In this document: positions 26,513 to 39,488 of the stretch, in pieces | Layout: every line of letters starts with the position of its first letter | Position numbering within the stretch: the first letter of the stretch is position 1 | From: the human T2T-CHM13v2.0 reference genome, Homo sapiens | Reading direction: 5' to 3' (one strand) | Assembly: GCF_009914755.1 (NCBI RefSeq) | Contig: NC_060936.1 | DNA: 64,000 nucleotides | Position numbers and translations under genes: made by a program | The notes under the pieces: model-generated | Database searches by the model: none | What the model was told of the DNA's origin: nothing | What the model saw: the letters and a program-made list of their open reading frames with translations, nothing else

Positions 26513-28800
26513 CTATCTTGGCTTCTGGCAAATTTTCCCCTGAGGATGCCACTCTGTTGGTGACTGTGATTAATCTGACAGAGGCTGGGAATTAGTGTAT
26601 CTAATTGGTCTTATACAAGCATTTAGTTAAGGCTACTACCAATAGGATTCAAATCAGTGGCTGTTGACCTTCTGTGTTGAGCTTAACTGTGCTTCCCAGG
26701 GTCCAAGGTTTAACCAACAGAAATAAAAGTCATAAACCATTACAGTCTATCTTAGAAGCCATGTGGCTTTCTTTTTAAGTTTCTGTATTGATGGCTCCAT
26801 TTGACCTGGGACATTAATACAGTTACAAAAGCAATTGCACAGACCTCATATTGGTTTGCACCTATCTATCCATAACAACCCTGGCCAGTAAATTGAGCTG
26901 ACCTGATGACTTCTAGGACTAAAGTGGTGTCATTGACCACTTCAGCTAAAGTAAGAAACAAATTTCATACCACCTTTTCTAATTGAATGACCACACTGTA
27001 GGGACAACTGCTTACAGAGCACAAAAATAACAAGTCAATTATCCCTCCAGGTAGCTCCAATTATCCAGGTAGCTCCTCCAAGTAATCACGTGTAGTTTCA
27101 TTTTAGAGAGGTAGTCATGGTCATCTAAGGACTACATTATAATCCACTGCTGGGGTTTCCTTTAACACTGGAAAATCTCTTATGACCACCACTAAGGTGC
27201 AAGTCGCAGTGTTTTGGGGAGGGAGGGAAGTTAATGTCTGGCTTCCATACAAGAAGTACAGTCCCAAGGGTGCATGTGGTACCACTGGAAATAAAGGTTT
27301 GCTAACAATTGTTGGGAACCTCCAAGTAGAACCTACATCAGTAGGGGCAGAATTTTATAGTGTCTTCAACATGACCTCCTGGCCAGCTGATAAACTGTCA
27401 GATTCTTAATTCAATTTGAATAATTGAGTCAAGTCCTGATTTTTGGAGGGATTTCCTGAGGGCACTCAGCCCAAACTGTCCTATTTATTCATGCCACCAA
27501 CTGGGTGGCATTTGTCCAACCCATGTGTGGTTGAGTAGTGGCTATGGGAATGAGAATAGGGAAGACATCTGGAGATACTGATAGGTTTTGCCTGAGAGGT
27601 TCAGGAGTTGGGGTCATCCTCTGGTGTTTTTGGCAGATTTCTTGGAAGGATTAAGGGAAATGGCTATCATAAAATAGAGTCAGTGGGGTTGAGGGTTGTA
27701 ATTAGACAGACCCCATGAATCCATTAAATTCTAGACACTTACAATGGTTTAGGAGAGAAACATCATGTTTTTAGTAACGAGGGTGGCTACAAGAGGTTTT
27801 GATGAAAGATCATTAATACCTCACTTACTCCATAGATGTAAAATATTTTTTTTCTCATATGCCTGGGTTGTTTGTTTCCTTCACTATTACTAAACAAACA
27901 AACAAGCAAGTATGTCCCAATCCAATAGCTATAATTTTACTTCTTCTTCCAGTCATGTCCAGTTTGCAACCAGATATGGAGGGAATGTGTGTGAGAGGTA
28001 AAGGACACTTTTATAAAATTTATGGAGACCCACTATATCATTTATCTTATTTTGCCTGAGCCAATATAGGGAGACTCAGTCAGCACTGTATTCAATATAG
28101 TAGTCATTATTTTTATGATGTGGGATCATGTCAGTCCAACAAGAGAATGCAGGTGGCTGAACTAGAATTAAATTGAAATCCTCTGGGCCCCCTTAAAGTG
28201 TATGACAATAAGACCAGCTTCAGCTTGTAATTAGAGAGAAAAAAAAGTATCACACTCAAAAATAATCAAGACACAATCCTAAAATTTCAAAATAGGTCTA
28301 TATAATTCTCCAATACTTTCATCCCATTCATTACCCAGAAAGTCTCTAAGAAGAGCTGATTCTTTTCTAGGGACAGCTGTAATTAGTGATTAAAGTGTCT
28401 TGTTAGGATGTGTGGACCAGGAGACATTGAGGGAGATAAAATCATGAATCTTTTAGAGTCAATTTTTGATAAGCCTGTATACACGCTCAACAACATCAGA
28501 TGCCTATTGATGGCAAAATAAAAATTTTGTAATAAAATTTTTGTAATAAAAAATGTACCACTCTCAGTCCTAATCATCTGGAGAGCCAAACATATGACAC
28601 AGATTAGTTTCAAAGGTCATAACTGTGTGGCCAGAGTTAAGTGATTAGTCGAGAAGGGCAAAACATAACAAGACCAAGTGTCAGTTTGCAATGAGGCATC
28701 ACCAATAGCTACGAGAGAGAATCAAAGGTTTGTTAAATTCAATCTGCTAGCAGTAGATGGGAGTAACACCCCATGCAGCGTGACATCTCTCATTAGGAGA
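26513..28800 (-). mobile_element. ERV internal remnant (HERVL74-like): degenerate integrase and env
   Basis: Manual minus-strand translation with frameshifts. IN: (W)QIEFNKPL..TDTWS..HTVMTFETNLCHMFGSP..TESGTFF..ASDVVERVYRLIK (28380-28755). Env TM: QLEKVV*NLFLTLAEVVNDT..LARVVMD..VCAIA..CINVPGQMEPSIQKLKKKATWL (26757-26997). Confidence 0.8.
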
Positions 28801-28805
28801 CAAAT

Positions 28806-29310
28806 GTGTTAAAGAGGAAGTTGCAAGGGAAATTAGAAAATACTTTAAGGTCAAAGAAAATGAAAACACAACATTCCAAACTTATTGGATGTAGAGACAG
28901 TAGTACTGATAGGGAAGTTTTTATCTGTTAATGCCTATATTAAAAAAGGAGAAAGATCTCAAATCAATAACCTAAACTCCTACCTTAAACTCCCTCCTTC
29001 CTTCTATTTGCTTTGTGGAGTTGGGGTAGATTTCTGTTGGGGCAGACCCTGTGGGGTCATTCACACCAGAGGATGACCCCAACTGCCAAAGCAAATAGAA
29101 GGAATAGAAGGAAGGGTATAACAAAGATGAGAGTGGAAATTGATGAAATAGAGACTGAAAAAAAAAAGATATTTAAAAACCCAAAAGTCAATTCTTTAAA
29201 ACATCTACAAAATTGACAAAACTTTATTTAGGTTGATCAAATAAAGCAGACTCACATTACTAAAATCAGGAAAGAAAGAAGGTACATAATTATTGACCTT
29301 AGAGAAATAA
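28806..29310 (+). mobile_element. Old L1M ORF2 (host of the U6/L1 chimera), 5' part
   Basis: GKFLSVNAYIKKGERSQINNL ORF2-like peptide; resumes at about 33221. Confidence 0.85.
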
Positions 29311-29313
29311 TGG

Positions 29314-29405
29314 TGGCAGTGCATGTACTAAAGCTGGAATGATACAGAGAAGGTTAGCATGGCCCATGCACAAGGATGACATGCAAATTCTTGACCGTTC
29401 CATAT
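29314..29405 (+). pseudogene. RNU6: U6 snRNA retropseudogene lacking about 10 nt at the 5' end, fused to L1
   Basis: tggcagtgcatgtactaaagctggaatgatacagagaaggttagcatggcccatgcacaaggatgacatgcaaattcttgaccgttccatat aligns to U6; ACAGAGA box intact at 29344-29350; many differences are CpG-type transitions. Confidence 0.95.
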
Positions 29406-29407
29406 AG

Positions 29408-32400
29408 TTACATAGCGGTAAAGGGTTCAATTCCATAAGAAGACCTCACTATCCTAAATATATATGGACCTAACAAAGGAGCACCCAGATTCATAAAGCA
29501 AGTTCTTAAAGATCTTCAAAGAGACTTAGACTCCCACACAATAATAGTGGGAGACTTCAACACCCTGCTGACGGTATTAGACAGATGATCGAGTCAGAAA
29601 ATTAACAAAAATGTTGAAGACCTGAATTCAACACTGGACTAAATGGACCTGATAGACATCTACAGAACTCACCACCCCAAAACAGCAGAATATACATTCT
29701 CCTCATTGCCACATGGCACATACTCTAAAACTGACTACACAATTGGACATAAAACAATCCTCAGCAAATGCAAAACAACAAAAATCACACCAACCACTTT
29801 CTAGGACCACAGCACAATAAAGATAGAATTTAAGACTAAGAAAATTGCTCAAAAGCATACAATTACATGGAAGTTAGACAACTACTCCTGAATGACATTT
29901 GGGTAAATAATGAAATTAAGGTGGAAATCAAGAAGTTCTTTGAAACTAATAAGAACAAAAATACAACATACCAGAATCTCTGGGACACAGCTAAGGCAGT
30001 GTCAAGAGGGAAATTTATAGCACTAACTGTCCACATCAAACAGTAAGAAAGATCTCAAATTAACACCCTAACATCACAACTGAAAAAACTAGAGAAGCAA
30101 GGCAAACCAATCCCAAAATTAGCAGAACAAGATATAACCAAAATCAGAGCTGAACTGAAGGAGATTGAGGTGTGAAAATCTATTCAAAAGATCAATGAAT
30201 CCAGGAGCTGAGTTTTTAAAATAATTAATAAGATAGACCACTATCTAGACTAATGAAGAATAAAAGAGATATCCAAATAAACACAATCAGAAATACAAAG
30301 GGGGAATTTTCACTGACCCCACAGAAATAAAAATAACAATTGGAAACTATGATGAACACCTTTATGCACAAAAACTAGAAAACCTAGAAGAAATGTATAA
30401 ATTCCTGGACACATACGCCCTCCCGAGACTGAAGCAGGAACAAATTGAATACCTTAACAGATGAATAACATGCTCCAATATGAATCAGTAATAAATAGTC
30501 CACCAACCAGAAAAAAAAAAAAAAAGCCCAGGACCAGACAGCTTCAGGGCTGAATTTTACCAGATGTACTAAGAAAAGCTGGTACCATTCCTATGGAGAA
30601 TATTCCGAAAAAATGAGGAGAGACTCCTTTTCAACTCATTCCATTTGGCCAGCATCACCCTGATACCAAAACCTTGCAGAGATACATCAAAAAAATGAAA
30701 GCTTCAGGCCAATATCCTTGATGAACATCAATACAAAAATCTTCAGCAAAATATGAGCAAACCAAATCTAGCAGCATATCAAAAAGCTAATCCACCACAA
30801 TCATGTAGGCTTTTTCCCTGGGATGCAAGGTTGGCTTAACATATGCAAATCAATAAACATGATTCATCACATAAACAGAACTAAAGACAAAAACCACATG
30901 ATTATCTCAATAGATGCAGACAAGGCTTTTGATAAAATTCAACATCCCTTCATGTTAAAAACTCAAAAAAACTAGGTATTCAAGGAACATATCTCAAAAT
31001 AATAAGACCAAATATATGACAAACCAACAATCAACATCATACCGAATGGCCAAAAGCTGGAAGCATTCCCCCTTGAAAACAGGCACAAGACAAGGATGCC
31101 CTCTCTCACCACTCCCATGCAACATAGTATTGGAAGTCCTGGCCAGGGCAGTCAGGCTAGAAAAAGAAACAAAGAGCCTCCAAATAACAATAGAGAAAAC
31201 CAAACAACCCTTGTTTGAAGATGAAGTGATCCTGTATCTAGAAAACCCCTTAGTCTTGGCCCAAATACTCCTTAAGCTGATAACTTCAGCAAAGTTTCAG
31301 AATACAGAATCAACATACAAAACTCACGACCATTCCTGTACACCAATAGCAGCAAAGTTGAGAGCTGAATTAAGAACAATTCCATTTACAATTCCTACAA
31401 AAAGAATAAAATACCTAGGAATACGGCTAAGCGGGGAGGTGAAAGATTTCTGTAATGAGAATTACAAGACACTGCTCAAAGAAATCAGAAATGACACAAA
31501 CAAATGGATAAAAAATCCATGCTCATGAATAGGAAGAGTCAATATCATTAAAATGGCCATATGGCCTAAAGCAATTTATAGATTCAGTGTTATTCTTATC
31601 AAACTACCAATTACATGTTAACAGAACTAGAAAAAACTATTTAAAAATTCTTACGGAACCACAAAAGAGTCCAAGTAGCCAAGGCAATCCTAAGCAAAAA
31701 GAACAAAGCAGGAGGCATCATGCTATCATAGGGCTACAGTAATCAAAACAGCATGATACTGATACGAAAACAGACATTTAGACCAGTGGAACAGAATAGA
31801 GAGCTCATAAATATGGCTGCACACATACAACCATCTGATCTTTGATGAATCTGACAAAAATAAGCAATGGGGAAAAAAATCCCTATTTAATAGATGATGC
31901 TGAGACAACTGGCTAGCCATACTGCAGAAGACTGAAACTGGGCTCCTTCTTTGCACCACAGACAAAAATCAACTTAAAAGTCTTTTCACCGTAGACAAAA
32001 AGTCCTTGCACCGTAGACAAAATGTCTTTGCACCATAGACAAAAATCAACTTAAGATGGATTAAGGACTTAAATGTAAAACGAAAAACTATAAAAACCCT
32101 GGAAAACAATCTACACAATACCATTCTGGACATAAGAAATTGCAAAATTTTCATGATGAAGACTCCCAAAAGCAATTGCAACAAAAGCAGAGATTGACAA
32201 ATGGGATCTAGTGAAACTAAAGAGTTTCTGCACAGAAAAGGAAACTATCAACAGAGTACACAGACAATCTACAGAATGGGAGAAGATGTTTGCAAACTAT
32301 GCATCTGACAAAGATCTAATATCCAGTATCTATAAGGAGTTTAAACAAATTTACAAGAAGAAAACAAGCCTATTAAAAAGTGGGTGAAGGACATGAACAG

Positions 32401-33220
32401 ACAGTTTTCAAAAGAAGACATATATGCAGCAAACAAGCATATTAAAAAAAAGCTCAACATCACTGATCATTAAAGAAATGCAAATAAATATCACAATGAG
32501 ATACTATCTCTAACCAGTCAGAATGGCTATTATTAAAATGTCAAAAAACAACTGATGCTGGCGAGGTTGCAGAGAAAAGGGAATGTTTATACACTGTTGG
32601 TGAGAGTGTAAACTAGTTCAACCAATGTGGAAAGAAGTGTGGCAATTCCTCAAAAAGCTGAAAAGAGATCTACCATTTGACCCAGCAATCCCATTACTGG
32701 GTATGCACCTGAAGGAGTATAAATTGTTCTAGTTTGTAGACATCCACACATATGTTCATTACAGCACTATTCACAATGCCAAAGACATGGAATCAACCCA
32801 ATTACCTGTGAATGGAAGATTGGATAAAGGAAATATGGTACTTGTACACCATGGAAGTCTATGCAGCCAGAAGAAAGAATGAGGTTATGTCCTTTTCAGG
32901 AACATGAATGGAGCTAGGCCATTATCCTTGGCAAACTAATGCAGGAACAGAAAATGAAATATCATATCTTGTAACTTATAAGCGGGAACTAAATGATGAT
33001 AACACATGGACACATAAAGGGGAACAACAGCCACTGAGGCCTACCTAACGTTAGAGGGTGAGAAGAGAGAGAGGAGCAGGAAAAATAACTATTGGGTATT
33101 AGTCTTAGTACTTGGGTGATGAAATAATCTGTACATAAACCCGTGTGACATGAGTTTACCTATATAACAAACCTGCACATGTGCCCCTGACCCTAAAATA
33201 AGAGTTAAAAAACAAAAAAG
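29408..33220 (+). mobile_element. L1PA (about L1PA11-15) from the endonuclease region to poly(A); 3' partner of the U6 chimera
   Basis: Starts ttacatagcggtaaagggttcaattc; KTGTRQGCPLSPL RT motif; 3' UTR ggaaaaataactattgggta...aaacctgcacatgtgcccctga. Confidence 0.93.
31948..32054 (+). repeat. ~22-bp tandem repeat (4 copies) inside L1 ORF2
   Basis: Variants of tctttgcaccatagacaaaa repeated four times. Confidence 0.85.
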
Positions 33221-34380
33221 AAAGAATAGATTACAAGGGAATTATATGAACAATTTTAGGCCAACGAATGAGATAACACAGATGAAATGGAAAATTGTAG
33301 TAAGATACAAACTACCAAAACTGAGTCAAGAAGAAATAGAAAATTTCAATAGACCTATAAGAAGTAAGGAGATTCAATTTATAACTAAAACTCTTCTAAC
33401 AAAGAAAAGCCAAGACTGAATGATCCCAGTCATAAATTCTACCAAATGTTTAAAAAGGAATTAGCATCAATATTTTACAAACTCTTCCAAATAATAGAAG
33501 AGGAGGAGGTAACACTTCCCAACTTATTCCAGGAGGCCAGTATTACCTTGTTACAAAACCTAGACAAAGACATGGGAGGGGGAGCAAAAAGTTACAGATC
33601 AAAATATTTTTATCAATAGCTATGCAACAACCCTTAAAAAATATTAGCACCAAATCCAGCAACATATAAAAAGGATTATAAACCATGACCAAGTGGAATT
33701 GATTTTAGGAATTCAAGGCTCATTTAACATATGCAAATCAATTAATATAATACACTATATTAGTAGAATAAAGGACAGAAAGCACATCATCTCAGTAGAG
33801 ACAGATAAAGCATTTGACAACATCCAACATCCCTTACAAAAATGGATCAAATACCTAAATGTAAGAGGTAAAATTATAAAATTCTTAGCAGAAAACTTAG
33901 ATGTAAATATTTATGGCCTTAGACTGAGAAAGACTCAGATATGACACTTAAAGTATGAGCAACATATGAAAAAATGGATACCTTTTTAATTTTATTAAAG
34001 TTAAAAACTTCTGTGCTTCAAAGTTTACTATCAAGGATGTGAAAAGGCAACTACATAATGGGGGAAAATATTTGCAAGATTCAAATGTCTCATAAGGATC
34101 TTGTATTCAGAATGTGTAAAGAACTCATGAAACTAAATAAGAAAAATAAAAATGAACCAATTAAAAATGGGCAACGGGTTTGAATAAACATTTCTTCAAA
34201 ATGATTATAAAAATGTCCAACAAACACATGAAAAGTTGCCCAACATTACTATTCATTAGGTAAATGCAAATCAAAACCACAAAGAGATACCACTTCAAAC
34301 TCACCAAGTAATGAAAAATAATAACAAACAAAAACCTGGAAAATAACAAATGTTGGTGAGGATGTAGAGAAATGTAAGAA
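33221..34380 (+). mobile_element. Old L1M ORF2, continuation after the chimera, with about 1 kb internal deletion near 33835
   Basis: gattacaagggaattatatgaacaatt continues from gaccttagagaaataa; GIQGSFNICKSINIIHYI peptide. Confidence 0.85.
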
Positions 34381-35076
34381 TAGTGTTCAGGTCAAATAAT
34401 TTGCAACGATGTTTGAAGTTCACAAATACTAATAGTTCCTTTTCTAAAAAAACAAAAGTATTACATTTTAATATAATTAAATACATATATTTGCATTTTT
34501 ATACTTTAAATACTTCTGAAAATAATGAAAATAAATTTGACTCATGAAGCCAGTATAGAAAATTTAAATGATTCAAATTAATTAATTATTCCATGAGAAA
34601 ACAAATAAAATTTTATATAAAATGAAATGCCATGTTGGTAATGTTCTATACTTTGATAAAATCAGAAGGAAGACATTTAATTGTGTTTTTAAACCAAAAT
34701 AATCAAACCCGTCTGATTTATTCAATGATTCACTTTGATTAGAAACATTACATAAACCTGGATCCAGATATAATCCTGCATTTATTTACCAAATATTTTA
34801 ATGTGCTCCACAGTTATTTTATTCTATATTTTTGTTTATTAATTGTTAGCTTAATGTTCCTTTGCATTACTCTTCTTTCCTTTTGGTGATAGAGTTATTT
34901 GAATCAGATGTTTCTACAGTCCTAACAAAAGAGAGTTCTGTGGTCAATTAATCTCTCATAATGCACCTAAAACGCAGTCCACAGACGCTAAAGGCCACAA
35001 TTACAAACAGGCCTTTGTAAATGACTTATTACTTTCCCCATATGAGGAGAAGGAAAGGTTTTTCTCACTTACAAAG

Positions 35077-35175
35077 GCACAGAGAATTGGCAGCATCAAT
35101 GTGACAACTTCAGTCATGGGTCGAAAGCAAATACAAAAGAACACTGAACTGAAAACAGGAATGCAGAAACGTGAG
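35077..35175 (+). other. Candidate 99-nt exon (unverified)
   Basis: ttttctcacttacaaag|GCAC...GTGAG|gtaaga; open in phase 0; ATG at 35116 in strong Kozak context. An antisense exon 35073-35148 is also possible. Confidence 0.3.
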
Positions 35176-36939
35176 GTAAGATTTGCTGCCCAGAATGTCA
35201 GCCAAAAGAAGAAATTGTAGTTATTTAGACCTGAACTTTTAAATTATACTCATTTTTACTTTTATTGGATGTGAGTGATGCAAACTATTCCATCGTGAAT
35301 AATATAGTAATTAAAATCTGAAGGCACAGTTCAAGTGAAAATGTTTTATAACATTGATATCAGTTCTAGTTTTGAATATTAAGAAGCACAAACTTTTTAT
35401 TAATAGAAACTTATTTTCTCCCCACCTAGCTAAAAAACGTTGGAAAAAAATCTTGTATATGTAAGTAGTGTTGGTTTAAAGGAGGACCAAATGCTTAGAC
35501 ACGCAGGGCAATTACTTGTCTCTGTCTAGCTAAGAAAACATTCTACAACTTTCTGAAAACTTGATTAGCTACTTTAGTTATTATTTCCAGAATGACTGTG
35601 CTTGAGTCTTTCATTCAGTCTGAGCATTCTGGATGCTATGTTGGTGTGTTGATTTCTGTGCCTGTGTGGTGACAGATGTGTTTTTTGCTACTTTCTTAAG
35701 CATGAAGTTTCTTTTCTGACTGAGCAGAAATATGGACACCAAAATATTTTCTATGTCACGTTGTTAAAAAACCTTCCTCTAGCTCCAAAGCATTCAAATG
35801 CTTTATGGCACATGCCACTGAAAGTTTCCACACATTGCAAAGTGAGGGTAGCTTTTATATTATTAAACTAAACTTACCAATATGGAAAATAAAACAGACA
35901 GTGGTGACCTATTGCATCCTAAGGAACTGGAGTTCAAAGTTAACAAAATTTATAGATTCCCTATGTAATCAATTATATTGCACAGCTTTTTAAGCAGTGC
36001 TAATTTCTACATTACAGCATTAAAGAAACAACTTTAAACATAATATGTTCACTGATACACTTGTTACTATGTTTGAAAGTATATAAGAACTATGGATCAT
36101 GGGCTACATACCTTCTTTCTCAGCAATATAAACTTGGTTTACATGCTGTCATAGTTCAGTTGCTGAAAGCCACTTAAAATGTAGGCATAGTGGCTTTAAG
36201 GATTACACAAACTTTTCAGTGTATTTCATATCATCTTGAACTAATTTAGTGAAATCTAATATTTAATGAGGAATCGTATATATTACCAAATTTGAGAACT
36301 ACTATGTGGCCCAGCGAAATAAAAGCAAGCTCTTTACTGAAGTCACAGATACCTACTTCTACACCATGTGCTGTGTAACATAGAATTCTATTCATTGTGT
36401 TTTCCCTTTTATCATTTTCTCTTTCATCTCTCAAACTTAGATTTCCTTCTTTGCTATTAAATTTATTAAAATTACCTTTCACAATTTAAAATGTGCATTG
36501 TATACACAAACCTGAAGAATGGCAGTGACATATTTTACTTTGTTTATGATGCATTCTCAACAAGAACATTTCTCTTTAAGAAGCTGTACTTAAAATAGTA
36601 TCAAAACATAAACTTTGATATAATAATAAAATTGGTCAAAGTGCATACTCCCAAGGATAAGAGTGTAATTAAAATTGCTTCTCTAGGCAGCTACTTAATA
36701 GTCCAATCTCCTTTGTGGTTCCGTATATAACAGATGCACAAATACATATTCAAAGACTGAGAATAAGATTTTGGTTAGAAAAGTATGATGTCTCAGAAAT
36801 AGCTATATTGGGGGCAAAAATGGTCTGGGAAATTTAGATGATGGTAAGACTCATTCAATACAAGAGGAAAAGTCTATGTTAGATCAGATCAGATATTTCC
36901 TCTGCCAAAGTTCTGGATTTAGGTGAATTATATACTGTC

Positions 36940-37120
36940 TCTCATTGAATCCATACTTCAGTCCTGCATAGTGGTAGTATAGATCTATTTTATGAAAAAT
37001 AAAACTGAGGCTCAGTGAGATGACATGACTTTTCTAAGATTATATTGCCAGTAAGTAGCAGAACTTGTATTCAAATCTTGGCCTTTGTCTTCAAGGACTG
37101 TGCTCTTGGTTACTATGCTA
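36940..37120 (-). mobile_element. MIR
   Basis: aaaactgaggctcagtgagatgacatgacttttctaagattatattgccagtaagtagcagaac. Confidence 0.75.
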
Positions 37121-37429
37121 TCTTATTTTTTGTTGGGTTCCAGGAAATCCCATTAACTGTAGCTCTGTGACTACAAAATCTGATTTTGGGATTTTCAGTA
37201 AAATTAGTTTGGCTACATTACTTGCTAGTTAGGTCAGAAATTGACCACCAACATGATCCATGGAAACCACTGGTGACCTGCATGCATAAGGAAGGCCTCT
37301 TGTAATCTCCCCGTTGGGAGATTTTTGGATATTTCATTTGTTTCAAAATGGGTTAGAGGTGAATTAAAAGCATCATAAATCTGGGAGCCATATTTGGAGA
37401 AGGCCTGGGTTTGACCTCGATGACTCCTA

Positions 37430-37830
37430 CTTTCCATCTCCTGGACATCCTAACCCCCATTATGTCACAGGGCCTATGCACATGCTTTTCCAGCTTCCTT
37501 TAACAACCTCCTCCCATAGTTGGAGTGGCAAATGTTTTGTCATCCTTCAGGTCTCAGTCATATGTCATCTGTTTAAAGAAGTTTTTCCTCATAATCATAT
37601 CCAAAGTTACTTGCTATCATATATTGTTTTGCAATTATCATATATTTTTAAACACACTGCAGTTGAGAATAATTGTTTTGAAGTGTCTACTTATTAAATG
37701 AAACTTCCATGAGAATGTTATTTACATGGGAGAAAGAATTGCATATCTATATTTTTCAGTACTTTATGCTCATAGCTGTGACAGTACCATGTGCTCAAAA
37801 AGGATATTTTAATAAACAAATAAGTTATAG
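37430..37830 (+). mobile_element. L2 3' fragment
   Basis: cagggcctatgcacatgct...catccttcaggtctcagt...aaacttccatgag. Confidence 0.6.
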
Positions 37831-38531
37831 ACAGGAAAAATGCTTTGAATTTCAATTTCTTCATTAATAATTTGGGATAATGGCCTCTCCTGTTTGGGGT
37901 GATGATTTGCCTCCATTTCCTACAAGGTGACTATGAATGTAATAAAGTACATCGTATGTAAGAGCACATTGTAAACTTCAGAATATTACTCAAATGTTGA
38001 ATAAAGCTAAGTGAAGTTTATCCTACATATGGTTCCATCACCTGTTTGGGACTATTCTTGTTTTCTTGGTGTCTTCTCCTTCCAGCATGATATATCCCAC
38101 TGCCTTCATGTGATTCCTGATTGAGCAAGGCCCCTCTGTAGTGCTGCCCTTGTCTTCTCAGATTGTGTACTAACCAGTGGGCACATTTTGAGTCGACTCT
38201 CTCATGAAAAACTCACTCGTCAGTTCATTTTCCCATTTCCACAAGGTATTGTAAAGTGACTGGTTAGTTGATTTAATATATCTTATGAAAATATATTGAT
38301 AATAGTTTCATGGTTTACCTTTTTCTAGAATTACATTAATTTTAATATGGGTCTTCAGTAAGTGACTTTTGCGGACATTGCAGCTCCATTGACTTAAGCT
38401 AGTAACGTAATTTTGGGTAAGGCTGACACAGGATGATTCTCTTGAAAATGACTGAACCTGTGACTGTGTAAATTGTCATTTATTTTACCTACCTTTTCAA
38501 AATGAAAAAAAAAATGTGAACTTAGTTTTAG

Positions 38532-38840
<309 letters not shown>

Positions 38841-39269
38841 GAAGAATTCCTTCTTATCACAACAGATGCCTTTATGATTTAATCAATCAACCCATGGTTT
38901 GTGGTTTTCGTATGTTATGAATAAAACTGTCATAATATTTAAAAGGCTATATGTGACAAAGACTCATGTCTGTAGAAGGTAAGAGGCTTCCTGTAGTACA
39001 AATACAACTGCCTAGACCTCTGTGGAAAACCTTTTGCTCCTCTGGAATAAAACATTTTCTGAAATAACAATGCGATTTCCCTCCATGACAAATAGAAATG
39101 ATATCTTTCTAGCTAAATAGTCTCTTTAATGTATAGCTGTTTGATCTTATATTACATTAAGCCCTAGATAATGACCTAGGAGAGGTGAGGGACAGGAGTT
39201 GCCATCTTAAGTGTTATGGAATATTTTTGAAACATACAGCAGGCTTACCCTGAAGTTTTTTCTCTCTAG

Positions 39270-39488
39270 GCTCTGGAAGAGCTGTTCTATGCTAGAACAG
39301 CAGAAAAATTCGACGCAAACTGAGCAGGAGCACAGAAGTAGAAAGCTCTTTGTTTGAAAGATGATATTAATGGTTCATTAATACCACTTCAGTGTTGGAA
39401 GAAGAGAACATTCTATTATCATTTCTATCATGCAGGTTCAATAATTGAAGATGAACAAAATCCAATAAAATTTTACTCTGAAATACCA
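39270..39488 (+). other. Candidate terminal exon with poly(A) site (unverified)
   Basis: Acceptor: long pyrimidine run ending tctctctag|GCT; AATAAA at 39464-39469; CA at 39487-39488; downstream tcttttctttgtggt element. Confidence 0.35.

Noticed and set aside
29314-29405. Functional U6 gene
   Set aside because: 5' truncated, many substitutions, no upstream PSE/TATA context and no T-run terminator; embedded in L1
31016-31528. Longest ORF (170 aa) with an RT motif
   Set aside because: Frameshifted L1 ORF2 remnant; the catalytic FADD motif reads FEDE
36166-36197. 9-bp inverted repeat aaagccact / agtggcttt
   Set aside because: Short stem, expected by chance in 64 kb
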